Shown piece by piece: positions 25,573-38,696 of a stretch of 64,000 nucleotides of DNA; the first letter of the stretch is position 1; each line of letters begins with the position of its first letter. Source of the DNA: Eledone cirrhosa (lineage: Eukaryota). The translations under genes and the position numbers were made by a program. The stretch covers positions 253,704,001-253,768,000 of the forward strand of contig OZ024742.1 in assembly GCA_964016885.1 (NCBI GenBank), given 5' to 3'. A model generated the notes under the pieces. The model had not been told where the DNA came from, did no database searches, and saw nothing but the letters and a program-made list of their open reading frames with translations.

Positions 25573-27414
25573 TCATGGTATATAATGAGACCATGTAGCA
25601 AAACAAGACACAAACAGTATATGTAAAAAGTTTGTTGTAACAGAGAGTGTTTCATCAGGTTGCTAGATGTAGTGTTCCCAGATAAAATTACTTTGTGATG
25701 ATATGTCGGAGTTTGTGAGTATGTGCCTGAATGCAGTGATGTCGGTTGAGTTAGGATATTGCCTTGTGCATGGCAGATTTACAAGCCTGGCTGCAGAAGT
25801 GCCTTAATGACGAGTGACTGCTAAAGCTTGGCATTGGCTTTCAGCTGTCTCAGAGACCAACAAGAATGAGAAGAGACACAAGAGGGTGAAACTGAATTTT
25901 TTCTGCCCTTAAATACCTGTATGTTTTGTGTTAGTTATTTCTGGTTATGACATTATAGCTAATGTAGAAGTTCAGTATCCACAGATATACCGGTGATGAT
26001 TTTGCTACAGCCAGATGCTCTATAATAATGAATACTACCACCACAACTACCAATAGCAGCAGAAGAAGAAAAACACTCAGTAAAAATCCCAAATAAAACA
26101 AAAGAAAAAAATATAAACAAAGAAATTAAATGACAAAATAAAACAATAATAGACAGCAACACCAATAACAGACAACAACAACAATAACAATAACAGAAAC
26201 CACAAAAAATAATACCAACAACCACAACAAAAATAACAACAACAACTACTACCACAACCATAACATCAACAACAATATAAACTGTATTTTATGAGTTGTG
26301 AGAGTCTTGCTTGGTCTCCACACAGTCTGAATGGAAAAACATCTGATTATGATCAGTCTTGATAAAATAGACAATAAGACTTCTATAAATCAAGAGTATC
26401 TTGATTTATAGAAACTGAAGATGATTGCATCTTTTGTCATTCTCTATTTTGCTAGATTGCCAAATCATATGAGCCCCCATGTGAGCATCACTCTGGTTGA
26501 ACAGTTAAAATGCTGTTATTTAAAGTTTGTAATGTGGCTGATGATAGGAAAGGAGCCTTGTCTGGGTGTCACTTTGGTCGAACAGTTAAAATGCTATTAG
26601 ATAAAGTTTGTAATGTGGTTGGTGAGAGGAAAGGCAACCAACCATAGAACACTTGCCAAACCAAGGAGTGGGAGAATCTTTCTGTTGTGTCAAAGATATG
26701 GCAACCTCCTTAGTGCTGGTGATCTATACAAAAAATGCACCCAGTGTATTCTGTAAAGAGTCTGGGTATAGGAAATGTATCCAGCCACTGAAAAAGTATG
26801 CTAAACAATGGGCCAAGCAGACTCTTTTGGTGTGTAAAATGTATGACAACATCCCTAATAGCAGTGTCACAATAAATTGCACATGGTGTAGTGTGGAATA
26901 GTATGTTGAGCTTCCAGCCCATCAGAGACATTGATAGGATATGAAAACATCTGTAACCAGCATGCCTGTCCATGGCCCATCTCAAGGTTGGTGTCTTTGC
27001 TTGAGTACTGACTGGTCAATGACAGCATGTCCAACCTTTGTTAGCAGGGAAAAAATGGATGTTAAAAAATGGTAATGATGAGAATGATGATGGAGCTGAT
27101 GTATCAATACACACAAACGAGTATAAGAAGAGAGAGAAGGGCAGAGAGAAAGAGTGAGAGTGAGAGTGAGAGAAAGATAGTAAGCAGGCGAATTTTCAAA
27201 ATGGATTGATAAACATATAAATAAAACCAGAAGATATATAGTTAAAGTAATACATATACTTCATATACATTGAAACATATAATACACATCAACAAGCATG
27301 AAGCATATTTATTTCTTAGGAAATATCCAATTTGTAAAAGTCCTTTGTATTTTTATTGGCTGCTTTTTCTTTATCCATGTAGATAAGATTTACCAAAAAT
27401 TAATATGAAAAACA

Positions 27415-27463
<49 letters not shown>

Positions 27464-27787
27464 GTAATCTGCAAGATAATTGCAAGAGGAAATATATGTA
27501 TATGTATATAAATTGTCCTTGTTGTTCTTTGTTTTCATTTGTTTTATATAATTAGCTATTTGTTTTGCAGAAACTTTTTGTTTCTGTTCTCCTTCTGTTT
27601 AAATATTCTCTCCTTAATAAACGAAGTAAATAAATTGCAATCGAAATTAATTAACTTTCCTTTACAACATTAATAGGTTTTCGTAATAAATATCATAACT
27701 TGGCTTATTAAACTGAAAGATGAAGATGATGCTGTGAAGTACACATTTCTTTTTATTCTTTTAAAACTTATATTTTCCAACAGCATA

Positions 27788-27828
<41 letters not shown>

Positions 27829-27948
27829 TCATATATACATACACACACATATACACACACACACACATACACACACATATATAAATACCTATACATATAT
27901 AGTGGTACACACACATTTTTATATATTCTCATATTTGTCAGCATTATT

Positions 27949-28135
27949 CGGTGGATTGGCAGTATCGGTAGAGGGTCGGACGCCATGCTTTCCAGCATAG
28001 TTACGTCCCTTTACGATCTGAGTTCAAATCCCGCCGAGGTTGACTTTGCCTTTCATCCTTACGGGGTCGATAAAATAAAGTACCAGTAATGCACTGGGTA
28101 ATTGCTGGCCTTGTGCCAAAAGTGGAAACAATTAT
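27949..28135 (+). mobile_element. tRNA-derived SINE (young copy) with (ATT)n tail
   Basis: Nearly identical to 54433-54620 and 8514-8703. Confidence 0.85.
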
Positions 28136-30847
28136 TATTATTATTATTAATATTATTATTATTATTATTATTATTATTATCAGTGTTTTAATTATGTTTA
28201 TCATTGCCATTCTTATTTTTCCTCTTTTTACTGTCCTAATTGTAAATTTGATATTCTCTAAGATAAATAAAATACCACACATAATGTATATGAAATGGAC
28301 ACAAACAAAGTTTTTATCCAATATGATACAATATGTTTTATAATAAAAGATACACCTTCATTATCATATCATCATGATTGTTTTACATCTGTTTACGACA
28401 CTGGAGTTTTTTGGATGGGTTGACATTGTTTGAGACTAGATTGGTTGGAAAGTCCACATCTCTCTCATATGTTACACTCATAGCATAGATGCTACAGCTG
28501 GAAGCCCTTTTTAACTCTAGCGAGTTTACAGAGTATACTGGGTGTATTTTATTGTGACACAGTACTACCACAATACCGGGTGTACTGTGTGTCAAACTAT
28601 CATTATACAGGGTGTACTGAGTGTATTTTATTGTGACATAGCACTACCACTTTATAGTATGTCAAAAAACCACCATACAAGGTGGGCTGGAATTATTTTG
28701 GTATTTTTATTTGTTTCGTGGTATATAATGAGATCATGTAGCTCATACAGAACCATTCTGGTTTGGTTTCTATGCCCTTCCTAATGCCAACCACATTTAC
28801 AGTGTGGACTGCATGCTTTTTATTGTTGCACTAAAATTACTATTTTACAGTGTGGCCTGGGAACTTTTGTTGTGTTTCCAATACGACCATTTTACAGGTT
28901 GGGCTGGGTATTTTTGTTGTGTCACTATCACAACCTCACACAATAGCAGCTTTGGGATGTGTAATTGTGTGAGATCAGTTTTTATCTCTTCATCCCAAAC
29001 CTTATATTGCCCACCAGATAACAACGTGTAATGCCAGAATTGTGTAAATGCCAGACCCCCCCCCACCCCACTTCACTCTTCTAAACTGTATATTATCAGC
29101 AACCACTGCAACCCCCTAAGCCACACTAACTATGGGTAACCCAACATAAAAAACAATCTGTTTCATATATTTCACCACTCTTATGTGTTATATGTTATAT
29201 GCCATACATTATACTCTACAATTCCATGACCTCCACCATCCTTATATTCTTCTAATCCTTATATTTTAGTTTACTTCACAAAATATTATTATTATAAATT
29301 TTTAATTTTTAACTTTTATATTTTAAATTTTTTTAATTTTTAATTTCCTATTCTCCATTTTGTCATTCTCTCATTTTGTCATTTTTTGTCGTCTTTCAGA
29401 CTTTTCACTTTTTTCATTTTTCCATTTTTCATTTCTCCTTCTCCATTTTTCATTTTTGCAGCTTTTCCAATTTTGCCTTATATCATGTGGGTGTAAGGCA
29501 CATATAGGATATAAGTTAGGAGGAATTTATTCCTATATCTAACTTATATCTTATTTGTGCCTAACACCTACAACACCCCGCTAACACCACTATCATCATC
29601 AAATATAATTCCATAATATTTATATTTTCATAATCTTCATTGTAGATATATCTCCATAAGTTATAATCATATATCTTATGTATTTCACATATTTCCTTAA
29701 TACCCTGCTACAACTCACTCATTCACCCATCATAACTTCTATAATTTTATATTAGCATAATCTTCACTGTACTTAATTTGTAAATTTTAAAACTACATCG
29801 CTTTACACACTTTAGTCATTCTCACTACACCAACACAACCGCCGCCAGCACCACAATGCCACACCTCAGTACCCTTACACCATCCACCCATCATATATAT
29901 GTATGCATTGGAACTTGTATATTCATACTCATATCTGTATGTATATATACATGTCTGTGTATAGGCATGTATTTATTTATATATTTGCGTATATTTTATG
30001 TGTATATATATGTACGCAGGTTTGTATGTGAATGTAGGCATTCAAAAGCATGTGTATGTGTGTGTATGTATATATATATATATGTGTGTGTGTATATATA
30101 TATGTGCATATATATATATATGTGTGTGTATGTGTGTTTGTTGTGTATATATGTTCAGTTTGCATGTGCTTATATGTATCTTGTATACATATGTGTATAT
30201 ATATTTTTTCATAATTATTTTATAATTTTTATAATTTTTATAATTTCTATAATTTTTTTATAATTTTTTTATAACTTAAAATTTTTTAATATATTTTCTT
30301 AAGTGCATTTTATATGTATAGATGTGTTTGTATGTATATATGTATATTTATTTACATATATGTAAGCACCTGCATATGTGTATTTAGTGTGTATGTATGT
30401 ATGTATATATACGTATATGTGTGTGTATATATATTTATATACATGTGTAATTGTATCCATCTATAATTGTATACATATGTATATCCTATCCACCACTTCA
30501 TCGTGCCAACCCCACCAATGTTTTCACTAATCCATTACATTCATCACCTGCCTCCCACTGACCACTTAAAATTCTATGGCTATGCCCACTACCATACTAT
30601 AACATCTTTGTTCATAAAGAAATGCCATATGTAGAGGAAGGTTCTGATAGAAAGGACCCATCCAACCAATGCAAGCATGGAGAGCCAGATGTGAAACAAT
30701 AATGGTGATGGTGATATATTTTTATAGCTGCAAAGCTATGCCAGCGACATTGCCAAGAGTTTCATGCTCGTAAAACACTGTTCAAGGTTTAGTATTGATT
30801 CTTGTTTCTCCCATTTACACAGCAAATTATATATATGATGACTCTGT

Positions 30848-31047
30848 NNNNNNNNNNNNNNNNNNNNNNNNNNNNNNNNNNNNNNNNNNNNNNNNNNNNN
30901 NNNNNNNNNNNNNNNNNNNNNNNNNNNNNNNNNNNNNNNNNNNNNNNNNNNNNNNNNNNNNNNNNNNNNNNNNNNNNNNNNNNNNNNNNNNNNNNNNNNN
31001 NNNNNNNNNNNNNNNNNNNNNNNNNNNNNNNNNNNNNNNNNNNNNNN
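30848..31047. other. Assembly gap (200 N)
   Basis: Run of N. Confidence 1.
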
Positions 31048-31973
31048 CAGTTTCCATCTACCTCATTTCACCCACAAGGCAAGGGTCAATCCAAGGCTAT
31101 AGTAAATGACAATTGCATAAAATGCCATGCAATGAAATCAAACTTTTTAACTATTTGGCCGTGCAGCATCAGAGATGGACATGGAAGTAAGTGTGCTTCT
31201 CATACACATACACAGAATAGCTAGAATTGAGAAAAGGCCAAAATAGATATTTCTCACAGGGAATTGTATCTCAGTTTCTCTTCAACTGCTCCATATCTTA
31301 ATCAGAAATAAAGAAAATTAATTAAAAGCAAACATTTTTATTTCACTTCTGTTTTACTTTTAATGACCCCTCCCACATGAAATCGCATTAGCAAGGCATT
31401 CTCGAAAAATAAAAACAGCACACAAACTGCATCACATTAAAAATGGTAGCATTTACTTTAATATTGCAAATTTTCACAATTTATCTACCAGCAAAGATGC
31501 AATAAACATTTGAATTAACAAACCTGCTTTTTAGATATTTTCTGCTGAATAATTACAGGATGCTAAGAGTTAAATCTCAAATTTTCTTAACAGAAAACCA
31601 CACAATACTATTACACATTTAAATTAATGTAACTCCCTTTGTTTTTCATTGAACTGAATGAATATAATGTAATGTAATAATTGCATTCCCTGCACTGATG
31701 AGAAGTTTATATCGGAACGGTCCATCTGTTGAAATACAGTAATATTATTATTAAATATATGTCTCAAATTATCCATAGTAATTTGGAAAGCAATAGAAAA
31801 TGAATTTTACCCACATCTCTCAACATATTCCTTACACAAAATGAATGTACTAATTCAATAAGTACCTGTACATCTTTACATATATATATATATATATGTG
31901 TGTGTGTATGTGTGTGTGCGTGTGTGTGTATGTGTGTATGTGTGTGTATGTGTGTGTGTGTTTATGTCTATAT

Positions 31974-32011
<38 letters not shown>

Positions 32012-32589
32012 GTTACTCATGTATAACCAATATAGTCTCACTTCTGATCTAGTAAGTTTACATCTTACCACCTACCAAAGAAGGTAAATAATTTAATTAC
32101 GTACGAGTTCAATGAACAAACTGAACTAAAATATAAAGAAAATATGTGGAAAAAAAAAACACCCTTCGAGTTTGATAGAAAACTTTTAAACTCAAATCAT
32201 GTATATATTGATTACTAACTTCTGTCGATAGCAGATATCAAATTTTAGATACATTTATTGAATTAAATTTCATTTCAGATTATTTTACGCAAAGAAAAGC
32301 AAAGCAAAGAAAATTAAATAGCGTTAAAGAAAGTTTGAAAAACGTAAAGGTTTTTCACAGTTGCTTGCTGCATGGTATGTTGGCATCTTTACAACACATC
32401 AAATAAGAACTATTTTCGTAAAATTCACAAACTGAAAATACAGCTATATTGATCAAACAAAATTCCTAACAGACTGACAAATCTACAGTTTATGACAACA
32501 TTTGCCTTTCAAAAGAATAAACTTTATTTAATACGGTGGCATTTCTGAAAGAAGCTTTTAAAATAAATTGTTGATGGCTATAACATATG

Positions 32590-32885
32590 TGAAGGCATGT
32601 CATTTAGTGGTTAGTGTGTTTGGTTAATGATCATAACATCATGGGTTCAATTTCCAGTAGCATGTTGTAAAGATAAGGAGGACACTTTATTTAGAGTTGC
32701 ATCAATCCACTCATTTGTTGTACTTATAATTTGAAAGGCCAGGCTTGTCACACTCTGTTTCATATTGAATCCCTCTGAGAATTACATTAAGGGTGCTTGT
32801 GTTAATGGAATGTTTAATTTAATGAGCAGAGTGTTCTGTTAATCCAACTACTAGTACACTCATCGTTGAAACTGATAGAAGTCTG
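32590..32885 (+). mobile_element. Degenerate tRNA/CORE-type SINE, second tail type
   Basis: TTTAGTGGTTAG…GGGTTCAATTTCC…GACACTTTATTT…GCTTGTCACACTCTG…GAGAATTACATTAAGGG; relatives at 48110-48275 (-), 16290-16440, 46310-46435 (-) and 58280-58650 (-). Confidence 0.6.
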
Positions 32886-33817
32886 ACACTATAATATGAT
32901 TATTATATTGGACTAGGAGAAAATCTCTAGGATAGGTAGCTTAAGCAAGCCATATATGCTTCTTAGGAATGGAAAAAATATGCTCACCTATATATATACG
33001 GTGGGATTTATACATTCTACGAAAAAACACCCAGTCCACCCTATCAGGTGGTAGAGGTGCTGCTATAAGAAAATGCACCCAGTACATAGCATGAAGCAGT
33101 TGATGTAAGGAAGGGCATCCAATAGTGGAAACCATTCCAAAATAAGGGATGAATAAGGCACAGTTGTCTGGCCTGCCTGTTTAGCTTTAGAATGTGACAA
33201 CCCAACAAACCTATGTAAGCATGGAAAAGATGTAAAATAAAGATGATGTTCTCTGAATTTATATGTAATTTATATTTATGTATATGCACACACACATATA
33301 TATATACTTGTATACACGCACAGGCACACATATATATATATGTGGGCATCATTGATAATAATATGGTAGTGAATTTCATTTCTGTGTTGATTCTTAATAG
33401 AAACTGATAATGCAAGGGTCTTTATTAAAAACACTGACATTTCAATCTTTTAGAAGTATACCTGTATATTCATTTTCACTTGATTTTTTCTCATTTGATT
33501 CTCATCTAAATTTTCTGAATCATCTTCTTGGTTATTCTTCTTATCATTGCTTCAAGCTTTTCATTGGTTTTACAATGGTTTTGCTTTCATTTTACATGAA
33601 GTGATTTTAATTCTGATAATAGAATCATTATTTTTACTGATTAGCACCAAATTTAAATTGTAACACGCTCAACGTTTATCATCATCATTATCATAATGTA
33701 GTAATTAGATTGAAGTTTTTGCTTAGTTTTTTATGTTAAATGAACTAACAATTAATTATTCCACAAACATCTGCCAATGTGAAAATTTAACTACCATGTA
33801 TAATAATGATAATAATA

Positions 33818-34048
33818 ATTGTTTCTACTTTTGGCACAAGGCTAGCAATTAACCAGTACATTACTGGTACTTTATTTTATCGACCCCGTAAGGATGAAAG
33901 GCAAAGTTAATCTCGACAGGATTTGAACACAGACCGTAAAGGGATGTAACTAATAATAATAATAATTGTTTCTACTTTAGGCACAAGGCCAGCAATTATC
34001 CAGTGTATTGCTGGTACTTTATTTCATCGACCCCGAAAGGATGAAAGA
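33818..34048 (-). mobile_element. Two tandem 5'-truncated SINE copies (family of 8514)
   Basis: AATTGTTTCTACTTT.GGCACAAGGC…TATCGACCCCG.AAGGATGAAAG twice, separated by (AAT)n. Confidence 0.8.
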
Positions 34049-37000
34049 ATAATAATAATAATAATGCTTTCCTTATTAACCACAAGGGTTGACACAAAGT
34101 ATAACATTAAGGCCAATACAGGACAATACAAATGGGAATTTCTGCATGTAAAAAAAAACAAAATCAGAGAGTGACAAAATGAAATAATGAAAGATTCCCA
34201 ATAGGGGGAGAGACCTCTGAGGGTTGCTCGTGGAGAAAGCCCACAAGAAAAGCCACGGTTACCCTGACCACTAGGGCAAAAGCCCTCTTCCAGTTTTCCT
34301 CCTACAATGCTACAGGCACACGCTCAGGGTAGACCCATTCACACGGGGCATTCTTGCCTCTCTCACCCACATTTCAACAAACTGGCTGGAGGTCAGCACT
34401 TCCCTCTCCACCCTGATATTCCTCTTCAGGTGAAACCTGAAAAAGTTAATGAGGGCATCACCGAAGAGGAAAGTACCGGTCCTCAACCCTTTCAGACGTG
34501 TCCACCATACAATCTCTTTTACCATGGCTACCAGGCCGATAAAAACTGCCTGCCCTTCTCGGCTAAAGGAAGGTGGCGGGGAAATCTTCACGATGGACTC
34601 AGCTGATAGCCGGATCAGTTCTACACGTGACAGCAGGTGTTCGGCATAAACCAACAAATCAGCAATGCTCGGACACTGGACGAGTGCATGCAGGACGGTT
34701 TCATCGCCCTGTGCACATCTTGGACAGGCTCAGCTGACGGCACTTCAATGCCTGTAGAGTTTATCCCGAACTGGCAAGGCTCCTCGGTAGCACTGTCAGG
34801 CCAGGGATTTCTGGAAGTTGTCCATGGGCCTCGGCCCGAAAGTTCTCCCGAAGAGATTGGCTAGTTGGATTTCGTCGATGCCTAGAGTCTCCCCAAGGAC
34901 ATTGCTGCTCTTTCCTTCCATTAATCCTCTATAGAAAGCCAAGGTGGAGTTTCCAGCAATTGTATTGCTCGACTGGTCGAGGGCTGTAAGCGCCTGAAGA
35001 CATTCTAGTCTCCAAGCGCATCCTGTCGGTCTTCGCTTGACCCAGGACTGCAGCTCCGCCAAGGAGACAAGCTGGGGAAACATGTGTCTAGCAAAGGGTG
35101 ACCACACCTGATCACCGTCGAGGAAGAGGTGGATATGCTGTAGCCTGATCGCATGTCTGCGCATCATCAGCCACGGAATGCCCAGTCCTCCGCATAGTGG
35201 GTGTTGACAGCAGATGGACCGCCTGACCAACGGAGCACGTCCCTTCCACAAAACGCGAAAGAGCAAATGCTCCAGTGCAGTCAGGCAAAGCTAAGGACAA
35301 GGCACGACGGTCAGGCGGTAGTAGATGACGGACGCGATGTACGCATACGCCACCTCCGCTCGACCTTTCAGGGATAGCTTCCTCTCGGCCCATTTCTGGG
35401 TGAGAAAAAACACCTTGCTCGTGACCTGCTCCCAGTTTTTGTCCGGCTGGAGGTCCGGACCAAACCAGACCCCTAGCAATTTAACCGGTTCGTCCGTATA
35501 GCGCCCGACGACGCTGTTGGACAGCATGGACCTGCCTCTCCAGATGCCGAGTTGCAGGCCTACTGATTTTTCCTGGTTGATCATTTCTCCTGTCACTACC
35601 TTGTATTCTCTTAGTGCAGTGCCGATTGCCTCGATGTGTTTGGTGTTCGACACAACTACGGTGATGTTGTCTGCATAAGCTGACACTGTTCTTCCGCATC
35701 CTAGTTCACGTGGGACCCCCCTCAATGTCTCCAGTTTGTGCAGTAATGGCTCAAGAGTCAATACATACAACAAGGATGAGAGAGGACATCCCTGGCGGAT
35801 CGAGCGCATGATGTTGAACGGTTCTGAAAGGTGACCATTCACTCTCACCACAGAGCAGATGTCGCTGTGCATGGCAGCAATCCAGCCTCTGAAGACAGGC
35901 CCAAAGCCAGCTGCTCTTAGGACTGCTGCCAGATAATGATGGTCGACCCTATCGAAAGCTTTTGACTGATCTAAATTGATCAAAGACCCACCCATGCCAG
36001 GTTCCCTAGCTACACTCTCTACGATGTATCGCATGAGGTGGAGGTTGTCGTGGATGGATCTGTCGGGAATGGCATATGTTTGCACCTCTCCCACCAGACC
36101 ACCAACGACAAACGCCAACCTCTTTTCTAGCACCTTAGCCAAAATCTTGAAGTCTGTGTTTAGCAGAGTTATGGGCCTGAAATTTTCTATGTTATCCCCC
36201 TTGTTCGGATCCTTTCTCAGCAGCGCCACCGCTCCTCGGCTCACAGAGCTGGGAATTCTCCCGTTCTGTTGCCAGTTGCAGTAGACGTCTGCCAAGAGGT
36301 CTTCGAACAAGTCTGGCATATGTATGTAAAGTTCGTAGGGCAGACCTTCCAAACCAGGCGATTTACCCATTGTGCAGCTAGTCATTGCCTTCCGTACTTC
36401 AGCAGCTGTTATCGGCCTTTCGCAACACTCCGCCTCAGTGGCCGAGAGCCGCGGCAGTCTGTCGAGGTAAGCACTGAAGTCCATTTCGTGATGCGGCTCG
36501 CCATTGCCCTCGATCAGCTGAGCAAAGTGCTGCTGAAAAGCCGCACACATCTGCCCAGGATCGAATATCATGTGCCCATCGTGGTTCGCCAAAGACCGGA
36601 TCGTGGCTTCGTTGCCACGACGTGCCTCCGCCACCCGGGCCCATTGAATGGCTTTTGTCCCCTCGTGTCTGAGAGCACGCACCCTAGCTCTGACAAGGCA
36701 GCCTTCATGCTTAGCATTGAAAAATTGGTCAAGAGCCAATTTCGTTGCAAGCACGTAGGTTGTGATGCCTTTACTAAGCGCCTCGTCTAATTTCTTAACT
36801 AGATTTCCTTCTGCTCTATTTTTCTCTGTTACTAGCACTTTACTAAACCTAATGGATTCTATTCTAATCGCTATTTTCATGGCAAACCACCGTTTGTTGT
36901 TGCCAATGGCCCCTGTCAATGCCCGCTTAACTAATTCGCTAATCTGGTCTCTGTAAGCTTTGCGCACTGTTGACGACGCATTTAGTTTCCAGTAGCCGGG

Positions 37001-37392
37001 TCCCTGTCTATGAAGCCTATCTAAGTTAACCACAGAGATCACGAATTTGTGGTCCCTGTAGCTGACTATCTTGAATTGTGGACAGCCTATGCTAGACCTA
37101 TCTATTTCCCTACAAAATACTCTATCTAGATATAATCTGGATGACCCGATATGGTTTGTCCAAGTCCACATTGGCACATTCAGGAAATCCAATCGGTGCC
37201 TGTCTGACAGTTGAAAATGTCTGAGTAGGTTCGTGAGGCTTTTACACCCTCCTCCCCTACCTGCTAATCCCACACAATCCCGGCGTGCATCTAAGATCCC
37301 GTTCTAGTCGCCCACTAACACTAGAGAGCGGGACGTTCCACGAAAGGTCTCCAGACACCGGAAGAATTCAGGCCATCCTGCTCCTGTTGGGG
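34049..37392 (-). mobile_element. L1/Tx1-clade LINE, 5'-truncated in the endonuclease domain, (TTA)n tail
   Basis: APE motifs LVGD*N, WTW, LYLDRV, YRDHK, GPGYWKLN; RT KSPGLEGLP, FRPITLLNTDFKILAK, LDQSKAFDRV, RQGCPLS, YADN; C-terminal GGLG and Cys/His region; GC-richer than the flanks. Confidence 0.92.
35291..37273 (-). CDS. Uninterrupted 660-codon stretch of L1/Tx1 ORF2 (EN C-terminal part + RT); not a complete gene
   Basis: ORF track 660 aa; bounded upstream by a premature stop in the GDWN motif and downstream by a stop/frameshift; catalytic YADD reads YADN. Confidence 0.85.
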   Translation of the reverse strand: MGLAGRGGGCKSLTNLLRHFQLSDRHRLDFLNVPMWTWTNHIGSSRLYLDRVFCREIDRSSIGCPQFKIVSYRDHKFVISVVNLDRLHRQGPGYWKLNASSTVRKAYRDQISELVKRALTGAIGNNKRWFAMKIAIRIESIRFSKVLVTEKNRAEGNLVKKLDEALSKGITTYVLATKLALDQFFNAKHEGCLVRARVRALRHEGTKAIQWARVAEARRGNEATIRSLANHDGHMIFDPGQMCAAFQQHFAQLIEGNGEPHHEMDFSAYLDRLPRLSATEAECCERPITAAEVRKAMTSCTMGKSPGLEGLPYELYIHMPDLFEDLLADVYCNWQQNGRIPSSVSRGAVALLRKDPNKGDNIENFRPITLLNTDFKILAKVLEKRLAFVVGGLVGEVQTYAIPDRSIHDNLHLMRYIVESVAREPGMGGSLINLDQSKAFDRVDHHYLAAVLRAAGFGPVFRGWIAAMHSDICSVVRVNGHLSEPFNIMRSIRQGCPLSSLLYVLTLEPLLHKLETLRGVPRELGCGRTVSAYADNITVVVSNTKHIEAIGTALREYKVVTGEMINQEKSVGLQLGIWRGRSMLSNSVVGRYTDEPVKLLGVWFGPDLQPDKNWEQVTSKVFFLTQKWAERKLSLKGRAEVAYAYIASVIYYRLTVVPCP

Positions 37393-37679
37393 AGTGTCTA
37401 AATGTGTATCATGCAATATTCTATTTTAAAAGAGAGTTTGTATAAGCCCTATAAATCCTTTGGTTTGACTTATATCTACTGTTTGTTTACATCTAAAAAC
37501 TAGTGATTTAACAAAAAAGTGATTGATAAAATATATACCAGTTTTGGAAAATTACATACTGAGTTGGATAAAATTGAATAAATATAGGCAGTGCCCCAGC
37601 ATGGTTGCAGTCTAATAAATGAAAAAATAAAAGAATAAAAGAGTATAATATGGCTAAGAGAAAGTACTCTAGGGTTGTG

Positions 37680-37950
37680 TTCTACATACTAAGTATGCAA
37701 CAGTATGATGCCACACATGTAATACACAGTGGTAAGGTGTTATATACTAAATATACTGTAGTAAGTTGTTACATACTAAATATACAATGGTAAGGTGTTA
37801 CATACTAAATATACTGTAGTTAAGTGTTACATACTAAATATACTGTAGTAAAGTGTTATATACTAAATAAACTGTGGTAAGATGTTACATACTAAATATA
37901 CTGTGGTAAGGTACTACATACTAAATATACAATGGTAAGGTGTTACGCTT
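37680..37950. repeat. ~29-bp minisatellite, about 8-9 copies
   Basis: Unit TACATACTAAATATACTGTGGTAAGGTGT with variants. Confidence 0.85.
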
Positions 37951-38446
37951 ATGAAATATAGTGAGTTGATATACTTTATTCAGTCAACATTATCTTTGCA
38001 GTTAGTAGACAAAAACTCCCTCTAGGGCTTTTTCACTCTTTTGTTACCACATTAAAAAAATGTATTACCTTTGTGCTTTAATTATCAAAGCAATGAAGAA
38101 TTGTGAAAGGTTTATTGAAGTATCAAACTTTCCCCTTTAGAATATAAGAGGAATATTTAACTATTTAAATCTAAAATTATTTGCCATGTGATAATATTTC
38201 TGTTCAGGGAATGAAGTTTCATTTGATTTCATGTTGGATCATATTTAAAGATTTAAAATACAAAAGCAACAAATATGGAAAATAAACCTAAAATATTGGA
38301 TCTTGTCTTATAATTTCAAAATATCTTGTTTTCTAGCAGAGTTGTGAATGTAATATATTGTAATGTAGAGTTAAGTAACAGAAATATTCTCAACTTTATA
38401 AACACACACACATAAACGCACACACATATAAACACACACACACAAA

Positions 38447-38493
<47 letters not shown>

Positions 38494-38514
38494 ATATATG
38501 TATATATATATGAG

Positions 38515-38651
38515 TATAGTAATAATAATAAATTTGAAGACTAAAATCCAAAGAGGGCTCGATAAGGATAAATATATATCAAATATATAAGAACCGTAGA
38601 GCAAATATTTATTAAAATAACAGATTAAACTTTAATCTGTTATTTTAATAA
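38515..38651. repeat. Mini fold-back of the CCCTTAACGGG family terminus
   Basis: 38515-38629 is the reverse complement of 9060-9172; 21-bp perfect arms at 38609-38629 and 38631-38651. Confidence 0.8.
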
Positions 38652-38664
38652 TTATATATATGAG

Positions 38665-38690
<26 letters not shown>

Positions 38691-38696
<6 letters not shown>

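Noticed and set aside
30795-31224. ORFs spanning X runs
   Set aside because: Artefacts of the 200-N gap.
31690-31760. CTGATGA…GAAA pair as hammerhead
   Set aside because: Stems I, II and III do not pair convincingly; at most a relic.
37680-37950. 29-bp repeat as CRISPR-like array
   Set aside because: Contiguous units without spacers; ordinary minisatellite.
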